From NCBI GenBank assembly GCA_049975265.1, contig JBNGDF010000005.1, forward strand, positions 129,640-163,126: 33,487 nt of DNA. The letters are read 5' to 3'. The notes under the pieces are model-generated. The model was not told where the DNA came from. It searched no databases and saw only the letters and a list, made by a program, of their open reading frames with translations. Numbering within the stretch: position 1 is the stretch's first letter; every line of letters begins with the position of its first letter. The stretch is from Fidelibacterota bacterium. GTDB taxonomy: Bacteria; Fidelibacterota; UBA2242. This document shows positions 17,479 through 29,400 of the stretch, piece by piece. A program made the position numbers and the translations under genes.

Positions 17479-20400
17479 ATGCGGCGTCCAGCTTTTATCG
17501 TCATTTTTCTATCGCTTTTGGGCGGTTATTCAAACGCCTTAGCGAATACGGCGCCCTACTTTACCGGGGAGGTGGCTGATACCAATTTGACCGAAGATGT
17601 TTACTGGAGCACCTGGTTGATGGCTGCCGACGATGACGAGGATCCGCTTAGTTATAATTTTGCCAATGATGTCCCCGCCGGGATGACGATCAATACCACT
17701 TCAGGGCGGATTACCTGGACGCCGGATAATGATGCGGTTGGGACGCACCGGATTCTGGCTTCCGTGTCGGACGGTAGCCTGACCGCTTATCTGGAGTTTT
17801 TTCTGCACGTTCAGAATGTCAATGATCCGCCATTCTGGGTCAATACAACCGACGATACGGTCACTGTGGCGGAGGACAGCGAGCTGGAATTGACGGTGAC
17901 GGCGAACGATGACGATTTACCCCACGGCGATCATATTACCTACTCCATCATCCGGGGTGATAATGTCAACATTAATCCCGTCACCGGAAGGATCAGCGGA
18001 TCACCGGACAATAGCAATGTGGGCTTTCAGACGATTACAGTCAGAGCCCGGGATGACAGCACCGCCGCGATTGAGTGGTCCTTTGTACTGGAGGTTTTGA
18101 ATACGCCGGTGGTGTTTACAAACATGCCGCCGATAGCAATTAATGAGGATGATCCCTTCGGATTTGACCTGAACGCCGATGACGAGGGACAGGGCAACAC
18201 GGTTTACTATTTTCAGAGCGGCTTTCAACCGGAATGGATGGGAATTGACGCTACCACCGGTTATATCAGCGGTATTCCGAACAATCTACATGTCGGAACC
18301 GAGACGGTGAAAATTGTTGTTGACGATGATAACGGCTCCACCGATACGCTCTCCTATGAGCTGACCGTTATTAATCGCAAGCCGGTGATTACCAGCCCGA
18401 CGCTGCACTACGCTACCGAGGATGTTCATTTTGCTCTGGATATCCATGCCGACGATGAAGGATTGGGAACCACCACTTATCAGTTTTTAGATGATTTAGA
18501 ACCACATCCCGATTGGCTGAGTCTCCGAACAAATGACGGCGTGATTTCCGGGACGCCTAATAATACCCATGTGGGAACGAATTCTTTCTATCTGGAATTC
18601 CATGACGGTCATGATGGAAAGGATACCACTCAATTTGTGATCAATGTAGCCAACGTTCCGGTGGTGATTGACAGTACCAATCTGATCTATGCCATTTCAG
18701 AGGATCAGGAGTACTACTATAAATTTACCTCCAGTGACGATGGTCAGGGAACGGTAACCTATCACGGTATCAACCTGCCCGACTGGCTGGCGATCAATCT
18801 TTATTCCGGAGTTTTGCGGGGCACTCCGAACAATGAGGATGTAGGCGATTATAATCTCTCAATTTATGTGTCAGACGGGACAGATAGCGACACAGTGGAT
18901 TTTACGATTCATGTGGAAAACCGGCTTCCCCAGCTGGAATCTTCCCCGGTGGCGAGTGTTGAAGAAGATAATCCCTATACTTACGACATTGATTATGATG
19001 ATGAAGGCGAAGGCGCGGTTTACAGATGGTTAATCCAGCCAGCCTGGTTGAGTCTGAATCCTTCAACCGGCGTAATCTCAGGAACACCGGACAATAGTGA
19101 TGTAGGCGAGCACGTGATTTCGGTACAGGTTGATGACGGGAATAGCGGAATCGTCAGTCACACCTTTACCGTCACGGTTATTAACCGTAATCCGGTATTT
19201 ACACCGCAGGCGGATACCACAGTGACCCAGTATGAATTACTGACCATTGATCTGGATACCGATGATGAAGGCGATCCCCAGGTCACCTATGAAATTCTGG
19301 AAGCACCGGAGGGGGCAGAAATATCGCCAAACGACGGAATTTTCAGCTGGACGCCGGCAAACGCCCAGGTGGGAACCCATGCGATCAGGATTTCCGGGAC
19401 GGATAATCACGGTGGCGCGAGCACCTTTGATTTTTCTGTGACGGTGTTGAACTCGATTCCGGTCATCAGTTCGTCTCCACCGCTGACCGCAACGGAGGAT
19501 GCTAATTACTATTACGATGTTCAGTGTAATGAAGAGGGCGACGGCGATGTCAGTTATTCGCTGACCACGGCACCCGACTGGCTGAGTATTGACGCCGATG
19601 CCGGAATCCTGCAGGGCGTCCCCGGTAATCCAGAGGTAGGCGCTCATCTGGTAACAGTGCGCGTAAACGACGGCAACGGCGGCTTCACCACTCAGTCATG
19701 GACGATTACGGTGCAGAACATTAATCCCTCCATTGTGACCGAGGTTCTCGATCCGGCAACAGAGGATTCGGCGTACAGTTTTCAGATAGACTACATTCCC
19801 GCCAACCAGGGTGACCACACATTTTCGATTGTCGGTGATAAGCCGGGCTGGCTAAGTATTAATGCTTTGAACGGACGTCTCTCGGGCACGCCCACCAACT
19901 CAGAGGTGGGGTCGGACTCCATTATGGTAAAGATTGCCGATGATTATGGTGGTTACGATCAGAAGCGTTTGGAAATCGTGGTCAATAACAGCCTGCCGCT
20001 CTTTACGACAACCGACGATGTTACGATCACGGAAGACGAGGCGCTCAGCTGGGATATTGATACGAACGATGAGGGCGACGAAGGCTCCGGCACCAGCGGG
20101 TACAATCTGGTGGAAGCACCGGATTGGCTGTCCATTAATGCCACCACCGGCGAACTGACCGGAACGCCGGTTGACGATGATGTCGGGGCAGAATCTTTGA
20201 CTATTCGTTATCAGGATGGTAATGGTGGGATCGTGACGCTTAATCTAAATCTCATCGTTGTCAATAATCCGCCCACGATTACGAGCCTCAGTCCCACCGC
20301 CACCGCCATCGAAGGTGTTAATTATTCTTTTCAATTTACATCCGACGATGACAATTGGAATCCCACATACACTTCAGCAGGCGAGCTGCCTGCGAATATT

Positions 20401-23400
20401 AACCTGACAACCGACGGGCTGCTGAGCGGAATTCCCCTGAACGCCGTCGTGGGTAATCATGCCATCAATATTATCGTCACGGATAATAACGGCGAGCAGG
20501 ACAATCTGGGATTTACCCTCTCGGTTGCAAATGCCGCGCCCACGATCACCGGATATACCGTTTCCAACCCCAAGTCAACCGTGGTGGACACGGTTTACAT
20601 CACTGAGGACATTGCTTATACAATTGATTTTTCCGCCGATGATGAAGCCGACGGCGCGGCAGCGCTTTACACAATCAACCATAAACCCGGCTGGCTGACG
20701 ACGACCAGTACGGTAAACGGAACGCTTGCCGGCACGCCGGACAATCGTCATGTGGGACTGGATTATGTGGATGTTACCTTTAATGACGGCAACGGCGGCA
20801 GCGATAATATGCGCTTTTATCTCCGGGTTCAGAATGTGGCGCCCGCTTTTATTGATGCACCCGCCAGTCTGACCGCTACTGAAGACGCAGAATTTTATTA
20901 CGATCTGAATTCTTCCGACGAAGGACAGGGTACGATCACCTATTCCATCACAGCCGGCGATCTGGGCTGGTTAACCCTGGACGCCACATCCGGTGAGATC
21001 AGTGGAACACCCGACAATGACGACGTTGCCGACGGTACCGATGTAACTTTCCGGGTGACCGACGGCAACGGCGGCGCGGCGACAAAGACCATCGTGTTTA
21101 TTGTTGGAAATACCAATGACAACCCGACCTGGATATCCGCCCCGGTAGCGGGTTCAACGGTTACAACCGCCGAAGATGCTGGGTATAGTCTGGATATTGA
21201 TGCCGGCGATGTGGATGTGGATGATAATCTCACCTACAGCTTGACGACCAATCCAACTGGTATGACGATTAATAGTACAACCGGTGTAATTAACTGGACA
21301 CCGGATAATAGCCAGGTAGGCGATCACCCGGTCACCGTCAGAGTCGAAGACGAAAACTCTGCCGCAATCACCCGGTCCTGGACCGTGCGGGTGACGAATA
21401 TAGTCTCACCGATCACACACCCGGCGACTGATGATTTTACCCCTTCAATTGCAGTGACGGCTGTTGCCGATACCTTCTATTTAATCGAAGATACGACTTA
21501 TACTCTCGATCTGTCGGCGCCGGATGAAGGTGTCGGCGCAGTAAGCAGCTACAGCTTCGATGAATTTCCCAATCCGGGCTGGATAACATTATCAAACGCT
21601 GTAACCGGACTGGTGTCGCTTACGCCGACCAATAGTGCCGTGGGACTTGACTCTTTTCTGGTATATTTCAAAGATCAACCGGCTTCCCGGGATACGATTA
21701 CAATTTATTTGAGTGTCGAGAATATTGCCCCGGAGATTCTCACGGAGGGTCCCTTTTCCGCCACGGAAGGTATCGCATTTTCCCGGCAGTTGCAAAGCAG
21801 CGACGATGGGGACGGCACGCTGACCTGGAGTTTTGTAAGCGGCAAACCGGGCTGGCTGGAAATTGATGCCAACAGCGGAGAACTGAGCGGTACGCCGCAA
21901 AACGCCGACGTCATCAGCGATGCCAGTTTTATAGTTCAGGTCAATGACGGCAACGGCGGCGTGACGCAAAAATCCTTCGATTACAGTGTGGAAAATGTCA
22001 ATACGCCTCCTTCGATCACTGTTGTTCCCGGGGGAATTATCACGATTACGGAAGACGTCCTTTATACAACCGACGTGGATGCCTCCGACGCCGATGCCGG
22101 CGATGTCCTGAGTTACTCGCTTAATACGGCACCAACGGGGATGACGATCAATGCGACCACGGGGGTAATCCAGTGGACGCCGACCAATGCTCAGGTGGGC
22201 ACACACACCGTCACCGTGAAGGTGACAGACAGTGAAAGTGAATTTGCCAGCTCCTCCTGGCAACTGCAGGTACAAAACATGAACGATCCGCCCGAATGGG
22301 TTTCGGTACCCAGCGGTACGATTCAAACCGACGAGGAAGCCTTGTACAGCGTTACCCTGCAGGCGGAAGATATTGATTCCGGGGATCATCTGACCTATTC
22401 ACTTTTGGCAAATCCGGATGGAATGACCATAGATGCCAATACAGGGCTGATTGAGTGGACCCCTGATAATGATGATGTCGGCTTACATGATATTTCTGTG
22501 CGGGCTGTTGATGATTCCGCGGCAGCCATTACCGCCGGCTGGACGCTCGAGGTGCGCAATGTCAATGATACGCCGGTCTGGACTTCGGTTCCAACCGGGA
22601 CCATCACGAGTCCGGAAGATGCCCTTTATACAACCGATGTGGATGCAATAGATGCCGACGCCGGCGATGTGATTACCTACAGCCTGACCCAGAGTCCCCT
22701 GGGAATGACCATCAACGCCACTATCGGTGTGATCAGCTGGACACCCGACAACTCTCAGGTGGGTAATCACAGCATTACGATCAGGGCGACCGATCTGGCG
22801 GGCGCTTTTGTCTCACAAACCTTTACCCTGCAGGTGACGAACGTGGCGTCACCAATCGCTGCACCGGTGGCGGGCGACTTTACACCCTCTGCTGCGGTGA
22901 CAGTGGCGGCGGATACTTTTTTTATCAAAGAAGATACGGTTTACACACTGAATCTGACGGTACCTGATGAGGGTGTCGGTACTGCGAGCAGCTACAGCTT
23001 TGACGATTTTCCCAATCCGGATTGGGTCTCGCTGGCTGATGCCGCCAGCGGACTCGTCACCCTGACACCCACCAACGGCAGTGTCGGGCTGGATTCCTTT
23101 TTGGTCTATTTCCGGGATCAACCCGGTTCCCGGGATACGCTGACGGTCTATTTGCGCGTTGAGAATGTCGCGCCGGAGATTCTCACGGAGGGTCCCTTTA
23201 CCGCCACAGAAGGTGTGGAGTTTTCGCAACAATTGCAGAGCAGCGACGATGGCGACGGCACACTGACCTGGAGTTTTGTAAGCGGCAAACCGGGCTGGCT
23301 GGAAATTGATGCAAACAGAGGAGAATTGAGCGGTACGCCGGAAAATGCCGATGTCATCAGCGACGCCAGTTTTGTAATCAGGGTAGACGACGGCAACGGC

Positions 23401-26400
23401 GGCAGCGCCCAAAAAACCTTCGATTACAGCGTGATTAATATCAACAACAGCCCGGTCTGGACCGCGGTGCCGGAGGGAGTTGTCACCGTCAATGAAGACA
23501 ACCTCTATTCGGTTACGATTGCCGCCGACGATTCAGACCTGGATCACGGTGATATGATCAGCTATTCGCTGGTAAATCCGCCGGCAGGGATGATTATTAA
23601 TTCCGCTAGCGGTGTGATTACCTGGATACCGGACAATAGCCATGTGGGAGCGAATTCTGTCACCGTCAAAGCTACCGATCTGGAAAGTGCCGTTATTTCG
23701 GCTAATTTTACGGTTAACGTATTCAATTCGCCGCCGGTGATTGCCGCACCGGGTACAGGCGATTTTGCACCTGCGGGCGTCGTTACGGCGACCGCCGATA
23801 CATTTTTTATCTGGGAAGACTCCAGCTATACGGTGGATTTTACAGCCGATGACGAGGGGCTGGGCGGCGCCACCGTTTACCGGATCAGCGGTCTGGCAAA
23901 TCCCGACTGGGTGTCGCTGACAAACGCTACCGCCGGAGTTGCGCAACTGACCCCGCTCAATAGGGACGTCGGGTTGGATTCTATTCGGATAGTTTTTGAT
24001 GACGGTTACGCCACCGATACCGCACAGGTTTACATCCGGATTCGCAACAGCGCTCCGGAAATAATTACTGCCGGACCTTTTTATGCGACTCAGGACGAGC
24101 CCTTTGAAGCGGAGCTGGAAAGCACCGACGCGGATGAATTGTGCAGATATTCTTTTGTCGGTATCTATCCCGACTGGATGTCAATCAATGCTTCCAGCGG
24201 TCTGATTAGCGGCATACCGGACAACGATGCCGTGGGAACATTCCTGTTCACCGTGCGGATTGACGATGGCAATGGCGGCAGCGCCGATCAGAGCTACACG
24301 ATCCACGTAGCCAATACCAACGACCCTCCGGCTATCACCTCAGTACCTATTACAACCGTCATCGAAGATGAGTCATACGTTTATCATCTCAGCGCAATAG
24401 ACCCGGACGGCGATCCGCTGACCTATTACCTGATTACTAAGCCCGCAGGGATGACAATTGACGCCGGCAGCGGCATGATTCGCTGGATACCTGATAATAA
24501 TTTCAGCGGCTTGCTGATACCGGTCAAAGCCGGTGTGGCAGATACATCGGGTGCTGCGGTCGAGCAGAGCTGGAATATCAGTGTTGCCAATGCGCCACCC
24601 AATTTTTTAACCGCCTTTGCCTCCTTTGATGCCATTGAAGATTCTGAATTCAGTTTCGATCTGGATGTTGACGACGAAGGACAAGGTGTAACCAGTTATA
24701 TGGTCATTCATCTGCCGGGCTGGATGACATTGCTCAATTCGGTAACCGGCTTGATCGGCGGCACACCGGATAACAGTTACGTCAACAGCAGCGATTCGGT
24801 TTATGTGGAATTTTCCGATGGCAACGGCGGCAGGGACACCCTGAATTTACCGGTAACCGTCGCCAATGTCGCACCGGTTTTTAGCGCGCAGCCGGACACC
24901 AGTGTCACGGAGGGCAGTTCGGTTTTGATCAATCTGGATTGTGACGATGAATTTGCCGGCGGCGTCAGTTATACCGCTCCGGGCGGTCTGCCCGCCTGGC
25001 TGAGCCTGAACGCCACCAGCGGTGTATTAAGCGGTTCACCGGGCAATGCTGCCATTGGAGCTTACAATATATCAATCCGTGCGACTGATGCATCTGGCGG
25101 TTTTACCGCGATTTCTTTTCAGATTACCGTGGTAAATGGACCGCCGGAATTTACCGGGGTACCTCTGACCGCGATTGAAGAAGACAGTCTTTACGAATAT
25201 ACACCGGATTTGGTTGATCCGTCGGGAGATAATATATTCAGCCTGCTGACAAATCCCGGTTGGCTGACAATCAATGGCAGCACCGGCATGCTGAGCGGGA
25301 CGCCTTTGAATCAGCATGTCGGTGACAATACGGTCTCCATGAAGGTGGATGACGGTCTGAGTGCCTCAGATACCCTGGATTTCGTCATTACCGTCGTAAA
25401 CACGGCGCCGGTTATTACCACCGTTCCGCCAACTGCCGGTACCGAAGATTTACTCTACTCAGTGAACATCAATTGCTCCGACGAGGGTCAGGGAACAATG
25501 ATCTATACCGCCCTGCAAAAACCCGGCTGGCTGAGCCTGAATCCGAATACCGGGCTGCTGCGAGGCACTCCTATGAATCAGCATGTCTCGAGCGGTGACA
25601 GCATCGAAATCATGGTCAACGACGGTAACGGTGGATTCGACACCCTGCGATACTCTCTGGCGATTGCAAACCGGGGACCGAGTTTTACCCAAATATTTAG
25701 CGATACGACAATTACAGAAGACGATATGTTCTCTTTCGATATTGACAGCGACGATGAGGGTCAGGGAGCGACGAGTTACAGCTTTATAAACGAGGTGCCG
25801 GACTGGATTAATCTGGATACCGAAACCGGGTTGCTGTCGGGAACGCCCTTGAACCAGCACGTTGCCAGCTCGGTCGGGATGAATGTAAAAGTTGATGACG
25901 GCAACGGCGGCAGTCGCTCACAAATATTTACCATTACCGTACTCAATAATCCGGTGCGGTTTATCTCCGCGATCACCGACAGCATTGCGACACAGGGCGA
26001 GCTGTTCAGCTACGATGCCGACACCGATGACGAAGCCCAGGGCAACGGCGTTTATACGTTCGTAGGTCTGCCCGCCTGGCTGAACGGTGACGATACCACC
26101 GGTGTACTCGGCGGGACACCGGGCAACGATGACGTGGATACCTCGGCGATTACCATCCGATTCAACGATGGCAATGGTTCCATTGTCGAGCAAATGATAC
26201 ATGTCATTGTTGAAAACGCTAATGATGCACCCTGGCTGACGGCGACAGCGACGCAGGATACGATTTACGAGGACAGCCTTTGGACATTTCGTTTTTTTGC
26301 CCAGGACATTGATTCGGTATATGGAGACATGCTGAGTTTCGAGTTGCAGGCTTTTCCGTCTGCCATGGAGATTGACAGCGCCAGCGGCATCGTGAGCTGG

Positions 26401-29400
26401 ACGCCGCAGAACGACGCTGTGGGCGACGTCAGCTTTGAAATCTGGGTATTTGACAAAGCCCGGGCGTCGGATTCGCTGACCTTCCGGCTGCACATTCTCA
26501 ATACCAACGATCCACCGCAGATCATTGCCCAGGCGGATACAATTGCCCGGGAGGATGAACTTTTCAGTTATACAATCCGCTATGTAGATATGGATGCCGG
26601 TGATTCCCTCCGGTTTGAACTGCATTCATCACCACTCCTGATGGAGATCGATTCAATCAATGGTAGAATCACCTGGACACCGGACAACAATGACCGAGAG
26701 CAGAGCTTTGAGATCATCTACAGCGTCACAGATAGCAGCGGCGAGACCGATTTGGACACGTTTAATGTATTTGTGGAAAATGTCAACGACGCACCGGTTC
26801 TTGCGGTTCTGGATGAGTATACGTTTTCGGAGGATAGTTCCCTGATCATTCAAATATCCGACTGGTTTGACCGGGTAACGGATATAGATGATCCCGATTC
26901 GGCTCTGAGCTGGCAGGTGACTTCATTCAATACTGTTGTGGCGGTTGTCCGTGATGACTCACTTCTTCTGACGGCGCCGCAGGACTGGTTCGGACTGGAT
27001 ACCGGTGAAGTTGTGGTTTCCGACGGCGAATTGAGCGATACAACCCAACTGATTGTTTTTGTCCTGCCAGTCAATGATCCACCGGTGATTGCGGCGGAAT
27101 TTCCGGCGCTGATCACTTTTGACGAGGATGATTCCACGATACTCAACCTGAACGATTACGTCTCCGATGTGGATAACAGTGACCTGGAATTGAATTGGTC
27201 GGTCGAAATGGTGGAGGCTGAAAAGAGTACCGGTAATGAGGCATTGTCAAAATCCGAATCGGCTAAGAAAATTCCGCCAATAAAATCGTATTCGGTGAGT
27301 GCCAGGCGGTCGCTGCTGGTTAATTCCAACGGGGACAGCATCAGCATTGACATTGATCCGGAGACAAATCTTGCCAAATTCTACGCCCAGCCTAATTTTT
27401 TCATTGATGGTTTTGGTTTCCGGTTTATTGTGAATGACAGTACCGATGGTGCGGATTTCGGCTGCGACAGCGTTATCACGACAATCCGGGTGGAAGCCGT
27501 CAACGATGCGCCGGTTTTGGCGACATTACCGGAGCTGAATGCCGTTGAGGACTCGACGATTACGGTTGTACTTTCCGACTGGTTCGAATTTGTCAGCGAT
27601 GTGGATAATCCCGATACGACTCTGATCTGGACTATCATTGACGGGAATTACGTATCCGGTGTGATTGTTGATTCAATCCTCTCGATAATACCTTTGGAAA
27701 ACTGGTTCGGGAAGGATACCTTGCAGATAATTGCCTCCGATGATGAACTGCTGTCTGATACGGCAGATGTGATTGTGCATTATCAGCCGGTCAATGATGC
27801 ACCGGTCTTCAGCCCGATTCCCGCTATCTCCTTCCCTGAAGATGACACCTTTTATGTACACCTGAATGATTACGCCGCTGACGTGGAGACGCCTGACGAT
27901 GATCTGGTTTTCGGTTTTTTCCGGGTAGAAAATACCGGATCCGCGAGCACTTCTTTGAAATACCGGCGAGCTAAACCCGCAGTGGAATTCACCGGAATAA
28001 AGTCCCAAACCACCAGAGCAGTGTTCTATGATACTTTTAGTTCGTCGGACAGCATTATCATCGAGATTCATCCCGCGACGCATATTGCCACTATATCGGG
28101 CGCGCCGAATTACTACACGCCTACCCGTCCGTTCGGATTTACCGTTTCCGACGGTGAAGCCGCCGATACAGTGACGGTCATGATCGCCATCCAACCAGTC
28201 AATGACAAACCGGTTCTGGATTCACTGCCGCCGATTGTCTTTGTAGAGGACAACGTTTTCAGATTATCACTCTCAGAATGGGATTCGCTGATCTATGATG
28301 TAGAAGACCCGAACGATTCGCTGCGCTGGGTTTTCAGTACGCAGGGACCGGTTACAGTCCAGTACGATTCGTTGCTTCGTCAAATAACCCTTTCGGCACC
28401 GGAGAATTTTTACGGTTCGGACGTTTTGACGGCGGTTGTCAGCGACCGGGGCGGACTTTCTGATACCATGACGATCGCGATGACCGTCCTGCCCTTTAAC
28501 GATCCGCCGCAGATTGATTCCAGCCTGTTTGCCATTACCTTCGATCAGAAAGACACGGTGGAATACCAACTCGATATTTTCGTCAGCGACCGTGATCACG
28601 ACGTCCGATCCATGCAGTGGCGGTTCCATGCCGGCGAGTTTGTCTGTTTCGACTATACGGACACTTCCCGGTGGGTCAGATTCTGGACCGATCCTGACCG
28701 TTTCGGCATAGATTCTCTTCTGGCGATTGTCACCGATCCCCTGGGCGGCGCCGACAGCCAGTATCTGAAAATTACCGTCACGGATACGACCGAGCCGACC
28801 TTTGAATTGGCGATTTTCCAGAATCAGTTAGCCAGCCGCTTTGTGGAAATTGATGTCTTTCCGTCGGAATTGCTAGCTGACCGGGTACTGATAATCACGG
28901 ATGGAGATACCCTTCCGGTTTTGCAGGACCTGGATGCGGACAGTGTCATGTATTACAACGCCACTTACCAGATCGAGAAGACCGGAATCGTTCAGATCCG
29001 GGTTGAAGGCATTGACCGGGCTGGCAATCCGGGCGATTATGCCTATCAGATCGGCGTGTCCCGAATCAGCCGGGAGACCGGCGGGTCTCTGACCGGTCCC
29101 GACAGCATTATGTCCTTTCTGTTCGCGGCGGAGGCGGTGCCCATGGACCTCTGTGCCCTGTTTATTCCCTATAAAGCCGCCATCCGACCGGATACGGCGC
29201 TCGCCAAGGGCATGTTTGGCGATGCTGACTTTCCCGTTTCCGATGAGTTTGATTTCCGGATTCCCGTCGCCAGCCTTGCGGATAATGCGCGGATCATGTT
29301 TAATCTGGAGAATATGCAATTTCTGCAGCAGTACGCCGCATATCTGGGTGTTTACCGGCTGGAGAACGGAGAGTGGCGGTACCTGAAGACCTATACAAGC

